Positions 19,655 through 29,830 are shown, counted from the first letter of the stretch. The stretch: DNA of 45,382 nucleotides from Candidatus Thermosaccharophagus tengchongensis (GCA_032161105.1 JAVHTD010000024.1); one strand, 5' to 3'. The notes: generated by a model not told the origin, from the sequence alone. Made by a program: numbers and translations.

Positions 19655-20212
19655 TTACGCTCTTTCCGGCTGTCCGCTTTGGCGTGCCTTGAGCACATCT
19701 CGCTTTGGGGCGAGGGTGATTGTAATCTGGCTTCCTTGAAGCTTCGGTTCGCCCTCAGCATGCGCAACATGTGATAACATCGTCACGATCTCGTTTAGCT
19801 TGCTGTATGCCATGTCCATATGAGCCATCTCTCGCCCACGAAGTATCATGCAAAGGCGAACTTTATGCCCCTCTTGCAAAGCCTCAATTGCGTTCCTCAC
19901 TTTGAACTCCAAATCGTGCTTATCAGTCTGAGGACGAACCCTTATCTCCTTCAAGCCCTTCTGATGTTTGCGTGCCTCCTTCTCGCGCTTTTGCAGCTGA
20001 TACAGGAACTTGCCGTAATCAACTATTCTACACACAGGCGGCGATGCATTCGGCGCAACCTCAATAAGGTCAAGTCCTTTCTCCCTCGCAATCTGAAGTG
20101 CTTGCCTTGTGGGCATTACTCCGAGTTGCTGTCCATTCTCGTCAATCACCCTCACCTGAGGCACCCTGATGCGCTCATTGCGCCTGAATGGTAACTTATC
20201 ACCCCTCGTGAT
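19655..20212 (-). CDS. infC: Translation initiation factor IF-3 (non-canonical ATC start)
   Basis: NERIR.PQVRVID..G.QLG, PPVCRIVDYGKF, KEIRVRP. The conserved N-terminus extends upstream of the track's GTG to ATC 20212, behind GGGGGTG. Confidence 0.95.
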   Translation of the reverse strand: MTRGDKLPFRRNERIRVPQVRVIDENGQQLGVMPTRQALQIAREKGLDLIEVAPNASPPVCRIVDYGKFLYQLQKREKEARKHQKGLKEIRVRPQTDKHDLEFKVRNAIEALQEGHKVRLCMILRGREMAHMDMAYSKLNEIVTMLSHVAHAEGEPKLQGSQITITLAPKRDVLKARQSGQPERA

Positions 20213-20309
20213 AACCGCTCACCCCCCATTCCCTCTATCAGCATTAGCATAATTTTGACGCGCTCAAAGCTCATCATGCCCGCATCAAATTCACAGAGAG
20301 GCTTTCGCG

Positions 20310-22256
20310 CTATGGCTTTGCGCCCCTCTTTTCAATCTGCTCAAGGAGCAGGCTCAAAAACTCTCCGATGCTCATCGCACCCAGATCTTTTCTACCTCTC
20401 TGGCGCACTGAAATGTGCCCACCGCTGACTTCCCTGTCACCGCAGACGAGTATGTATGGCACTTTACGCAATTCGCACTCCCGTATCTTTGCTGACACTG
20501 TATCGCTGTGCGAGATAACTTCAACTCGTATGCCATGCTTTGAGAGTTCGCTTGCCACAGAGTTTGCATACCAGATGTGTCTGTCGGCGACCGGCACAAC
20601 GCTAACTTGAACCGGCGCAAGCCAAACAGGAAATGCGCCAGCATAATGTTCAATCAGTATGCCAATGAAGCGTTCCATTGAACCAAGTATAGCTCTGTGT
20701 ATCATGACAGGGCGATGTTCCCTTCCGTCGCTCCCGATGTATGTCAGGTCAAACCTCTCGGGCAAGTTGAAGTCAAGTTGTATCGTTGAGCATTGCCACT
20801 TCCTTCCAATGGCATCAAACAGATAGAAGTCAATCTTCGGACCGTAGAAGTTAGCCTCCCCTTCAACCCTCTTGTATTCAATCCCGAGCTTGCTAAGCAC
20901 CCTTTCAAGCTCACCTTCGGCGAGTTCCCAATCCTTTACGGTGCCGGCGTATTTCTCAGGGTGGCTTGGGTCGCGCACGGAAAGCACGATCTCAAACTGC
21001 TCAAACCCAAATTGCCTCAGGAGGTGGTATGCGAGCTCAATCAACCCTTCAATCTCATCCCCGACTTGTTCTGGCGTGCAAAAGATGTGCGCATCATCTT
21101 GAGTTAGCCCTCTAACTCTCATCAGCCCATGAAGTGTTCCCGAACGCTCGTAACGATAGACTGTGCCCATCTCGGCAAGGCGCATCGGCAAGTCCCTGTA
21201 ACTTCGCGTTGATGACTTGTAGATGAGTATGTGGAATGGGCAGTTCATCGGGCGCACGAGATACTCATGCCCCTCAACCTCAATCCCGGCAAACATGTTC
21301 TCACGATACCAGTTCAAATGCCCACTTGTCTGCCACAAATTGACCTTTGCTATATGCGGCGTGTAGACGAATTGATAACCGCGCTCAGTCAGCTCACGGC
21401 GCAACATGTCTTCAATCAGCTGCCTGATTATCGCCCCGTTGGGATGCCAGAGCACAAGTCCGGGTCCGATGTCCTCCTCAATTGAGAAGAGACCGAGTTC
21501 CCTGCCCAAGCGCCTATGATCGCGCCTTTGAGCTTCTTCAAGCTGCGTGAGGTAAGTCTGAAGCTGCTCTTTTGTCGGGAACGAAGTCCCATAGATGCGC
21601 TGCAGCATCGGATTGCGCTCATCGCCGCGCCAATATGCGCCGGCGCTGTGAAGCAACTTGAATGCCTTTACCCACCCGGTGCTTGGAAGGTGTGGACCGC
21701 GGCAAAGGTCGGCAAATTCACCCTGCCGATAGACTGACACGATGCTTTCATTCATCTCATCAATCAGCTCAACCTTGTATCGCTCGCCAAGCTGCTCAAA
21801 TAGCTTCCTCGCCTCGTGCCTGCTCATCTCAATGCGCTCAATCGGTATGTCGGCTTCAATCAACTCCTGCATCCTTCGCTCAATCATCTCAAGGTCGCGC
21901 GGCTCAAACGGCTTTGGGACATCAAAGTCGTAGTAAAAGCCGTTTTCAATTGGCGGTCCTATGCCGAGTTTCGCCCCCGGGAAAAGCTGCTTGACGGCGT
22001 GTGCCAGTATGTGCGCTGTCGTGTGACGATACACATCCCTTCCAACTTCGTCGTCAAAGCCAACAAAGCGCAGGGTGACATCGCCCATCATCGGGCGGTG
22101 AAGGTCTATCGGCTCTCCATTTGCGAGTGCCGCAAGTGCTTTCCCCCTGAGGTGAGAACATCGCTCACATGAGTTTAGAAGCTGCAGCGGTGTGATGCCG
22201 TCTTCACAGCTCAACTCAATTTGCTCGTCATCGCTGAGTTGGATTCGTATGAGCAT
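20310..22256 (-). CDS. thrS: Threonine--tRNA ligase
   Basis: HTTAHILA, GFYYDF, DLCRGPH, RDHRRLG, PMNCPFH, FYGPKID, HRAILGSMERF. Confidence 0.98.
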   Translation of the reverse strand: MLIRIQLSDDEQIELSCEDGITPLQLLNSCERCSHLRGKALAALANGEPIDLHRPMMGDVTLRFVGFDDEVGRDVYRHTTAHILAHAVKQLFPGAKLGIGPPIENGFYYDFDVPKPFEPRDLEMIERRMQELIEADIPIERIEMSRHEARKLFEQLGERYKVELIDEMNESIVSVYRQGEFADLCRGPHLPSTGWVKAFKLLHSAGAYWRGDERNPMLQRIYGTSFPTKEQLQTYLTQLEEAQRRDHRRLGRELGLFSIEEDIGPGLVLWHPNGAIIRQLIEDMLRRELTERGYQFVYTPHIAKVNLWQTSGHLNWYRENMFAGIEVEGHEYLVRPMNCPFHILIYKSSTRSYRDLPMRLAEMGTVYRYERSGTLHGLMRVRGLTQDDAHIFCTPEQVGDEIEGLIELAYHLLRQFGFEQFEIVLSVRDPSHPEKYAGTVKDWELAEGELERVLSKLGIEYKRVEGEANFYGPKIDFYLFDAIGRKWQCSTIQLDFNLPERFDLTYIGSDGREHRPVMIHRAILGSMERFIGILIEHYAGAFPVWLAPVQVSVVPVADRHIWYANSVASELSKHGIRVEVISHSDTVSAKIRECELRKVPYILVCGDREVSGGHISVRQRGRKDLGAMSIGEFLSLLLEQIEKRGAKP

Positions 22257-22376
22257 CCCGCTCACTTCCATCCGAGCGCATGACGCTTACATCCACATCG
22301 CTCAAATAATTTGCGCGCACCCTTAGCAATTGCCTCATTCTCTCAAGCATCGCAAGCAACCACGCAACAAAAATAG

Positions 22377-22448
22377 TGGGCGGTGCAGGAATCGAACCTG
22401 CGACCTCCGTCCTGTCAAGACGGCGTTCTCCCCCTGAACTAACCGCCC
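22377..22448 (-). tRNA. tRNA-Val (anticodon GAC), CCA not encoded
   Basis: GGGCGGT/ACCGCCC acceptor stem, arm CCGTC-TT-GAC-AG-GACGG, GGTTCGATTCC; followed by CTA rather than CCA. Confidence 0.96.
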
Positions 22449-22473
22449 ACTAAGCCACAAATTGCCATCCTTC

Positions 22474-22502
22474 ATTTTGATGCACATCTGTGCGATTGTC
22501 AA
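22474..22502 (-). promoter_or_regulatory. Sigma70-type promoter for tRNA-Val (and probably thrS)
   Basis: Minus strand TTGACA (22502-22497), 17 bp, CAAAAT (22479-74). Confidence 0.65.
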
Positions 22503-22517
22503 CACGGCAGGTGCACT

Positions 22518-23300
22518 TCAACCTTCGGTCGCGCTGCCCTCAATGGCTTTCAACACCATCTCCGGGTAGTCGGTCGCAATCGCATCAACGCCGATCTCAA
22601 GCATTGCCGATAGTGTTTCAAAGTCGTTCACAGTCCAAGCCACAACGCCCATAGAACGCTGATGAGCATATCTCACAAACTCAGCCCTTATGCTCCCATA
22701 GTGTATGCTCAACCCGTTTGCGCCGCACCGAAGCGCGACATCGGTGAGTTGCTTGAATTCATCCATGTTCCCACACGCGCCTGTGATGAGGACGCATGGC
22801 AGGTTGGGACAAAGTTCACTTACCTCCTTCAGCGCCGATGCATGAAAGCTACAAATTACAACCCTTCCGATTGCTCCGCTCCCTTCAATGGCGCTCACAA
22901 CATGCCTCGCAGCGTTGCTCGGCTTTATCTCAACATACATGACCATGTCCTCTGGAAGTTGCTCCAATGCCTCGGAGAGCGTTGGAACGATTTCGCCTTT
23001 GAACTCCTCACCCTTCCATAAGCCGGCATCAAGCGACTTTATTTCCTCAAGTGTCAACTCATCCACTCTGCCGCATCCGTTCGTCGTCCTATTGACAGTC
23101 TCATCGTGCATCAGAACAACAGCGCCGTCCTTCGTCACACGCGCATCAACTTCAACCCCATCAACATTGAGCTTAACTGCCTCACGCAGCGCTATAAGCG
23201 TGTTCTCAGGATACACACCGCTATAACCTCTGTGGGCGATAACCATCGGGCGAGTTCGCAAGCCGCCGTCCGGAATCAAAGCCGTGCGCATATGGCTCAT
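22518..23300 (-). CDS. Glycerophosphodiester phosphodiesterase
   Basis: IAHRG....PENT, VEVD, MHD.TV.RTT, VEIK, WTVN, TDYP. Confidence 0.93.
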   Translation of the reverse strand: MSHMRTALIPDGGLRTRPMVIAHRGYSGVYPENTLIALREAVKLNVDGVEVDARVTKDGAVVLMHDETVNRTTNGCGRVDELTLEEIKSLDAGLWKGEEFKGEIVPTLSEALEQLPEDMVMYVEIKPSNAARHVVSAIEGSGAIGRVVICSFHASALKEVSELCPNLPCVLITGACGNMDEFKQLTDVALRCGANGLSIHYGSIRAEFVRYAHQRSMGVVAWTVNDFETLSAMLEIGVDAIATDYPEMVLKAIEGSATEG

Positions 23301-23914
23301 CGCTCATCACCCCAGTCAATTAACCCATCTGGGACTTCAACGACGATGCGCCTCCCCTCAAGATCAACCTCTTTCACGAATTGCTTCGCTACCGGTATCA
23401 ATCCCCGTTTGGTCACAAACAGGTCATGAGCTGGCGAACGCATGATGTCAATCACTTCACCCACAACTCTTCCATCCGTTGTGACAATCGTCATGCCAAG
23501 CAGGTCCGAGACCAAGAACTCATCTTCACCAAGTGGTGATGGTGCATCCGGGTGAACCGTCATCTGCCACCCGATGAGCCTCTCAGCCATCTCAATGGAG
23601 TTTATACCCTCAAACTTGAGCGTCACTTTGTTGCCTTTGACTTCGGAGCGCTCTATTGTGGCGATGAAGCGCCTCTCCGTCGGGCTGACCAAGCAGACTT
23701 GATTTCCGGCTTTGAACCTGCTCATCAACTCCGTCAGTGGCATCACTTTTACGCTGCCATCAAGACCGTGTGTTGAGACGATCTCACCGATTACCTTCGT
23801 CCACTCCCTCAATGGGTCACGGATTATCGGAATGCGCCCCCGATCACCGCGCTCATCATGCGAGCGCCCTTTATGAGACTGCCCATTCGCATTGTGCGCC
23901 CTCGGTTTGCCCAT
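23297..23914 (-). CDS. rimM: Ribosome maturation factor RimM
   Basis: IGEIVSTHGLDGSVK, EDEF...DL.G, LIP....VKEVD; follows rpsP-KH. Confidence 0.9.
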   Translation of the reverse strand: MGKPRAHNANGQSHKGRSHDERGDRGRIPIIRDPLREWTKVIGEIVSTHGLDGSVKVMPLTELMSRFKAGNQVCLVSPTERRFIATIERSEVKGNKVTLKFEGINSIEMAERLIGWQMTVHPDAPSPLGEDEFLVSDLLGMTIVTTDGRVVGEVIDIMRSPAHDLFVTKRGLIPVAKQFVKEVDLEGRRIVVEVPDGLIDWGDER

Positions 23915-23987
23915 CTTGGGAGATTACATCCCCCATTGTTGGTTGAGGGATCTGAACGACTGCCCCGCTCGCCAAACTGCTGTTACC

Positions 23988-24254
23988 TCACCTTGATTGA
24001 GAGCCCGCGCTGCCCGGTTGGCTCGGCGGGACTATTTCCACCGTCACCTTCTTTCCTCGCTTTGTAGCTGCCGCACGCACAAGCGTTCTTATGGCTTGCG
24101 CTATGCGTCCTTTGCGCCCTATGACTTTACCGAGGTCCTCCTCGGCAACCTTAATCTCAATCACGATCGTCCTTTCGCCTTCCAGCTGCTTCACTTGGAC
24201 TTTGTCCGGTTGATCAACGAGGTGCTGAACGATGTATTCAACAAGTTCCCTCAT
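23988..24254 (-). CDS. khpA: KH-domain RNA-binding protein (UPF0109)
   Basis: MRELVEYIVQHLVD.PD.V, DLGKVIGRKGRIAQAIRT. Confidence 0.92.
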   Translation of the reverse strand: MRELVEYIVQHLVDQPDKVQVKQLEGERTIVIEIKVAEEDLGKVIGRKGRIAQAIRTLVRAAATKRGKKVTVEIVPPSQPGSAGSQSR

Positions 24255-24405
24255 CTGCCAACCCCCTTCGCCTGGCATTCGGGTTAATGCGCTGTGCACC
24301 GCGCCTTGCGGAGTGCGCAATTAACTTTCTTCACCTTGATCTCGGTTGCCGCCGCTTAAGCGACAGCTGATGGTTGGAGAACACCCGTTGGACTGGTAGC
24401 AGCGT

Positions 24406-24711
24406 TCAATTTTCCAACTCGCCTTTCCCGGGCTCTTTTCTCCTCTCCTTTCGCCTCCTTTCAAACTCCTGCCATATGCCCTGTTGCTTGAGCAGCGATA
24501 GGACGGTCTCTGTGGGCTGTGCACCGAGTTCAAGCCAGTGTATCACCCTGTCGGCTTTGATCCTGACCTCTGCCGGCTTCGCTGTTGGGTTGTAGTATCC
24601 GACTATCTCAATGAACTTGCCATTGCGTGGCGCTCTTGAATCCGCCACAACCAACCTGAAGTGTGGGTTGTTCCTCGCCCCAACTCTCATCAGCCTTATT
24701 CGCACAGCCAA
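24406..24711 (-). CDS. rpsP: 30S ribosomal protein S16
   Basis: AVRIRLMR.G....P.FR.VVADSRAPRNGKFIE.VG.Y.P, GAQPTETV; TTG start behind GGAGGTG. Confidence 0.97.
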   Translation of the reverse strand: MAVRIRLMRVGARNNPHFRLVVADSRAPRNGKFIEIVGYYNPTAKPAEVRIKADRVIHWLELGAQPTETVLSLLKQQGIWQEFERRRKERRKEPGKGELEN

Positions 24712-24744
24712 CTGCACTTCACCTCCTTCGGATGATCGCATGCC

Positions 24745-26091
24745 TTATCTACCAAATCCCATCATGCGCAGCAAATCCTCGTCACTCAGTTTTGCCTTTG
24801 AAAGGCGCTTTAGCATCTCGCGCATCATCTTGAACTGCTTCAAAAGCATGTTCACATCCTGCACGGTTGTTCCGCTGCCTCTGGCAATCCTGCGTTTTCT
24901 GCTCCCGTCAATTATGTCCGGGTTAAGCCTCTCCTCTGGCGTCATTGAAAGTATGATTGCTTCAAAGTGCTTCAGGCGGCGCTCATCAATTGTGAATGGC
25001 AATTGGCGCATCCCGCTGAAACCGGGGAGCAGCTTGAGAAGCTGATCAAACGGACCTGCCGCCTTCAACCTTTGAATTTGCTCAAGCATATCCTGCAGGT
25101 TGAACTTGCCCTCACGCATGCGCTTCTCCATCCGGGCGAGCTTCCTCGCTTCCTCTTCTGAGAGAGCCTCTTCGGCTTTTTCAAGGAGCGTCCTGATATC
25201 GCCCATTCCGAGGATGCGCTCCGCCATCCTGTCGGGATGAAAGACATCCAAATCGGTCAGCCTCTCACCGGTGCCAATGAACTTGATTGGCTTTCCAGTC
25301 ACAGCCCGAATGGAGAGCACCGCGCCACCCCTTGCATCGCTGTCAACCTTGCTAAGTATGAAACCGGTTACGCCAACTTCGCTATCAAACTCCCGCGCTG
25401 CATTGACGGCATCTTGCCCCATCATCGCATCAACGACAAGCAATGCCTCGTGCGGGTTGAGTGCCTCTTTGACACGCCGCAATTCTTGCATCATTTCCTC
25501 ATCGGTATGCAATCTGCCGCCGGTGTCGGCGATGACAACGCTGTAGCCCTTTGCCTTGGCGTGTCTTATTCCGAGTTCGGCTATGCGCTCCGGCTTTTCT
25601 TTTGTGCCCATCTCAAACACATCCACCTCAACCTGCTTCCCAACCTGAACAAGCTGTTCAACAGCAGCCGGACGGCGAACATCGCAAGCCAAGAGCAGTG
25701 GATAATGCCCGCGCCTCTTGAGCCACAGACCAAGTTTGCCAGCGGTAGTGGTTTTACCAGTCCCTTGTAAGCCCATGAGCATAATGACCGTTGGCGGAGT
25801 GTGTGAGAACTTTAACGGCTCACTTTGGCTGCCGAGGAGCTTAACGAGCTCTTCGTAGACGATCTTGATAACTTGCTGTGCTGGCGTGAACGACTTTAAC
25901 ACCTCTTCACCGACAGCCCTCTCCTTAACTCTCTCAAGGAACTCCTTTGCAACACGAAGGTTAACATCGGCTTCAAGCAGGCTCAGCCTTATTTCGCGCA
26001 GCGCCTTGTTGACATCCTCCTCCGTCAAGCGAGCCTTGCCGCGAAGCTTCCAAAATATGCTTTGAAGCTTATCGGTCAAACCGCTCAGCAT
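24745..26091 (-). CDS. ffh: Signal recognition particle protein
   Basis: LLEADV, GLQGTGKTT, DTGGR, D.DARGG, RILGMGD, SRKRRIARGSG. Confidence 0.97.
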   Translation of the reverse strand: MLSGLTDKLQSIFWKLRGKARLTEEDVNKALREIRLSLLEADVNLRVAKEFLERVKERAVGEEVLKSFTPAQQVIKIVYEELVKLLGSQSEPLKFSHTPPTVIMLMGLQGTGKTTTAGKLGLWLKRRGHYPLLLACDVRRPAAVEQLVQVGKQVEVDVFEMGTKEKPERIAELGIRHAKAKGYSVVIADTGGRLHTDEEMMQELRRVKEALNPHEALLVVDAMMGQDAVNAAREFDSEVGVTGFILSKVDSDARGGAVLSIRAVTGKPIKFIGTGERLTDLDVFHPDRMAERILGMGDIRTLLEKAEEALSEEEARKLARMEKRMREGKFNLQDMLEQIQRLKAAGPFDQLLKLLPGFSGMRQLPFTIDERRLKHFEAIILSMTPEERLNPDIIDGSRKRRIARGSGTTVQDVNMLLKQFKMMREMLKRLSKAKLSDEDLLRMMGFGR

Positions 26092-26314
26092 CGTCATCAC
26101 TTAATCACCACTCAAAGCTTTTTCTACACTGCTATGCTGCCGAGCGTCGGTTGGCAATTGGCAATGAAAGCGGCTTCAAAATACACCTTTGCAAATTCCA
26201 CCCAATGCCATGCCACGATTGCGGCATACAGCAAATTCAAGATTAGCTCACCAATTGCAAAATGCTATACTGCGGATGGATGAGGCATCCTCGTGAAGGG
26301 AGGGAGCAAAAGCG

Positions 26315-27670
26315 ATGTCAGGGCTTGTTGAGAGAGTATTCAAGCTGAGCGAGCATGGCACAGATGTTAGGCGTGAAGTGCTCGGCGGAATTACAACCTT
26401 CCTGACAATGTGCTACATCATCTTCGTCAACCCAGTCATACTCTCCGCAGCCGGTATGGACAGGGGCGCTGTGATGGTCGCAACTTGCCTTTCAAGTGCC
26501 ATAGCAACGCTGTGCATGGCATTCCTCGCAAACTATCCAATTGCGCTTGCCCCCGGAATGGGTCACAATGCCCTCTTCGCATTCACCATTTGTGGTGCTC
26601 TCTCTGCTGGTGGTTTTGGGCTATCTTGGCGAGCAGCGCTTGCGTGCGTTTTCATCTCGGGCTCGCTGTTCATATTGCTTTCCCGCTTCGGATTCAGGGA
26701 GGCAATTGTTGAAGCCATACCGGAGTCGCTAAAGCATGGCATTGCAGTTGGCATTGGCTTGCTCATAGCTATGCTCGGGCTTCAATGGGCAGGAATAGTC
26801 GTTGACAACCCGGCAACGCTCGTCGGATTGGGAAGCCTACGCTTAAAGCCAACGCTCGTCTCAATCTTCGGCATCATCGTCACGATGATCTTCATGGCTT
26901 TAAATGTCCGTGGCGCAATATTGTTCGGGATAATAATCTGCGCGCTTGTTGGATGGCTTGCTGGCATAACCGAGTTCAAGGGCATCGTCTCAATGCCACC
27001 ATCAATCTTGCCGACGCTCCTCAAACTGAGCTTTTACGAGTTACCTTGGGGGAAGGCGCTTGACCTCATCGTCATCATCTTCGTCCTCTTCTTCCTTGAT
27101 GTGTTTGACACTGTCGGAACTCTCATAGGCGTTTCCGTCCAAGCTGGCTTGCTCAAGGAGGGCAAGTTGCCGAGGGCAAGGGAGGCGCTATTCAGTGATG
27201 CTGTTGGGACTGTCGCTGGGGCGCTTCTCGGAACAAGCACTGTCACAAGTTACATTGAGAGTGCCTCCGGCGTCGCAGTTGGTGCAAGGACTGGGCTTGC
27301 AAGCGTTGTGACGGCTTTGTTGCTTTTGTTCTCGTTATTCTTCAGCCCGCTCATGGAGATGTTCAGCGCCGAGGTCAAAGTTGGAGGGGCAGTCCTTCAC
27401 CCGATAATTGCACCGCCATTGGTCATCGTTGGCTTTCTGATGATGAACAGTGTGAGGTTCATCAAGTGGGATGATGTGACTGAGGCGCTGCCGGCCTTCT
27501 TTGCGCTAATTATCATGCCGGTCACATTCAGCATAACCGAGGGCATTGCATTCTCGTTCATAGCGTGCTCATTGCTGAAGTTGATAACTGGGCGAGTTAA
27601 AGAGGTCCATTGGCTCGTTCATCTCTTCTCAATCCTGTTCATCATTCGCTACATCATCATGCCGAGATGA
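26315..27670 (+). CDS. NCS2/AzgA family purine permease
   Basis: GITTFLTM.YI..VNP, ALAPGMG.NA, FDTVGTL, TSYIES..GV..G.RTGL. Confidence 0.92.
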   Translation: MSGLVERVFKLSEHGTDVRREVLGGITTFLTMCYIIFVNPVILSAAGMDRGAVMVATCLSSAIATLCMAFLANYPIALAPGMGHNALFAFTICGALSAGGFGLSWRAALACVFISGSLFILLSRFGFREAIVEAIPESLKHGIAVGIGLLIAMLGLQWAGIVVDNPATLVGLGSLRLKPTLVSIFGIIVTMIFMALNVRGAILFGIIICALVGWLAGITEFKGIVSMPPSILPTLLKLSFYELPWGKALDLIVIIFVLFFLDVFDTVGTLIGVSVQAGLLKEGKLPRAREALFSDAVGTVAGALLGTSTVTSYIESASGVAVGARTGLASVVTALLLLFSLFFSPLMEMFSAEVKVGGAVLHPIIAPPLVIVGFLMMNSVRFIKWDDVTEALPAFFALIIMPVTFSITEGIAFSFIACSLLKLITGRVKEVHWLVHLFSILFIIRYIIMPR

Positions 27671-27695
27671 GCGCTGATGGCGCCCTCGCTTTGGG

Positions 27696-28787
27696 CTATC
27701 TGTTGAACTTGAGCAGCTTTGCCGCGTAGACTCCAGAGGCAGCCGCCGTCAGGAAATACTGCGGGTCATCCTCATAACCTCTCCCCATGCTCGCAAGCGG
27801 CAATGAGATGCTCTTTGAAAGCTCAATTCCGGGTGTGCCATCCTCCCAAACAACCTGATGGCGTTGCCTTATGCCGGCTGCGTCAATCTGCGCTTCAATC
27901 AGTCTCCTCTCATCACCTCCGCAGCTGTGGAAGCAGACTGTGATGGGCACATTCGTTGCATATGTCAAGACAGTGATCGTGTGATGACTCAATCCGAAAT
28001 GCCTCATCCTGCCCTCGGCGAAGCTAACCCTCGGGATGAATATTGGGATACCGCTGATGGCGCTTGCAATCTCGGCAGCCCAACCAACTTCAATCCCTGA
28101 GAAGCCGAACTTTGTCGCCGTTCCAACATGTCCCGGTCCGGGCGTTACGATTGCCAAGTCGGCGTTGGCAACATGCCTTGCGGCGATCAGACCCGTGAAT
28201 ATGTTTACGCTTTCAATGTCACCGCCAAAAGCCTGCCCAGTTGTGATGGTCACATCAACAATGCGCTTATCCTTGAGCACCCTCACCAGCTCACTGAATG
28301 CCATCGGGAGCGCTGCCGAGTCGGTCATGACATATGCCACCCTTGATTCCATCCCGAGGATGGCTTTAAATCCGGCTGCAGCTGGTGCGAGCATGCTGTG
28401 CAGCTGTCCCACTATGACCGGCATCCCGTCAATGCTATGGCACTCCCTAAAAAGCTCATGATGCCGGCTCTCCTGAGCTTCAACGCTGAGCACATTGACT
28501 TGGTGTGGCGAATAGCGCATCTTCACGATGTGACCCTGCATCATCTCGGCATTCGTCGGATTGGTCATGTTGGCAACGACGAAGTGATAACCGCCCGTTC
28601 CGAGCCCCAGCCTAACGGCACATACATTGAGCAAGACAACATCACCAGCATTTGCCCTTCCGGTGAGCGAGACATAGTTGAAGGCATTCGCACGCTCGCC
28701 AGTTGAGTTGATGTGCACCATCAAGAGTTGCGCGTCGCTATACTCAGTTAGCACGCTTTCAACTTCGCCGATTTCAAATCGCCTCAT
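27696..28787 (-). CDS. DUF3866 family protein
   Basis: LGLGTGG.HFV, GHIVKMRYSP.Q, LHSML, GQAFGGD.E.VN, GPG..GT..KFGFSG recalled as DUF3866 motifs. Confidence 0.8.
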   Translation of the reverse strand: MRRFEIGEVESVLTEYSDAQLLMVHINSTGERANAFNYVSLTGRANAGDVVLLNVCAVRLGLGTGGYHFVVANMTNPTNAEMMQGHIVKMRYSPHQVNVLSVEAQESRHHELFRECHSIDGMPVIVGQLHSMLAPAAAGFKAILGMESRVAYVMTDSAALPMAFSELVRVLKDKRIVDVTITTGQAFGGDIESVNIFTGLIAARHVANADLAIVTPGPGHVGTATKFGFSGIEVGWAAEIASAISGIPIFIPRVSFAEGRMRHFGLSHHTITVLTYATNVPITVCFHSCGGDERRLIEAQIDAAGIRQRHQVVWEDGTPGIELSKSISLPLASMGRGYEDDPQYFLTAAASGVYAAKLLKFNR

Positions 28788-28999
28788 GGCTATAACCCCC
28801 GGGTTTGATGAGTTCACATCGGGTCTTCATTCAGTGGGCTTTCCCACGCCCGTGCGAATTGTGAGACGCTACCTGTATAAGCATGTTCGGTTGGCAACCT
28901 TCCTTGCCAGCCACAGTTGCCTCCTCACGCTACAATTCTATCAGACGGCTGCAGCCCTATCGGGTGTGAAAAAACTGCTTAAGCAGGGAGTGGGCTCAA

Positions 29000-29809
29000 A
29001 TGGCGGGTAATGAAATTAGAGTTTGCGTGATTGGCTGCTGCGGGCGCATGGGTAGGGAAGTAGTGAGGGCAGTGAGCGCTCATCAAGGGATGAGCATAGT
29101 CGCTGGAGTTGACCTGGTTCAAGTCGGTGAGGATGTTGGTGTGGTCGCTGGGATTGGCGAGTTGGGCGTCAATGTGCGGGATGACCTTCGTGCCGCCCTG
29201 AAGGAGAGCAATGCGAATGTGGCTGTTGAGTTCACGCACCCGAGCGCAACATTTGGTAACGCGAAGGTTTGCATTGAATGTGGTGTTGCGCCAGTCATAG
29301 GCACAACTGGATGGACGCAAGAGATGATAAACGAGCTAAGTGAGCTGTGCGAGCGATTCGGTGTGCCTGCAGTCGTAGCACCGAACTTCGCCATCGGTGC
29401 TGTCCTGATGATGAAGTTTGCCTCAGAAGCCGCGAAGTATTTTGACCATGCCGAGATAATTGAGCTTCACCACGACAGGAAAGCTGATGCACCATCGGGA
29501 ACGGCATTAAGGACAGCGGAGCTAATGCTTCAGGCGCGTGGAAAGCCGTTTAGCGGACCGAGCGGCGGTGATACGCACATAACGCTACCTGAAGTCCGCG
29601 GCGGCTTGAAGGGCGGTATACGAATACACAGCGTGCGCTTGCCCGGGCTTGTGGCTCATCAGGAGGTCATATTTGGTGGGCATGGGCAGGTCCTGACGAT
29701 AAGGCATGATTCGCTTGGCAGGGAATCTTTCATGCCCGGTGTGCTGCTCGCAATTGAGCGTGTCCTATCGCTGAAGGGCTTGACATACGGGTTGGAGCAT
29801 TTGCTCTGA
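29000..29809 (+). CDS. dapB: 4-hydroxy-tetrahydrodipicolinate reductase
   Basis: G..GRMG, IGTTG, APNFAIG, EIIELHH..K.DAPSGTA, TIRHDS..R.SFMPGV. Confidence 0.96.
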   Translation: MAGNEIRVCVIGCCGRMGREVVRAVSAHQGMSIVAGVDLVQVGEDVGVVAGIGELGVNVRDDLRAALKESNANVAVEFTHPSATFGNAKVCIECGVAPVIGTTGWTQEMINELSELCERFGVPAVVAPNFAIGAVLMMKFASEAAKYFDHAEIIELHHDRKADAPSGTALRTAELMLQARGKPFSGPSGGDTHITLPEVRGGLKGGIRIHSVRLPGLVAHQEVIFGGHGQVLTIRHDSLGRESFMPGVLLAIERVLSLKGLTYGLEHLL

Positions 29810-29830
29810 CCAACAGCCCAATTCACCCCT

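Noticed and set aside
22257..22376. T-box leader for thrS (also considered for hisS, 42300-42490)
   Set aside because: No T-box consensus or terminator/antiterminator recognised; the thrS leader is also too short.
24321..24533. Frameshift extension of S16
   Set aside because: S16 is complete with its own stop; the alternative-frame peptide has no recognisable features or slippery site.
26100..26314. Purine riboswitch upstream of the NCS2 permease
   Set aside because: No aptamer consensus seen; a likely extended -10 (TGCTATACT, 26263-26271) leaves only a short leader.
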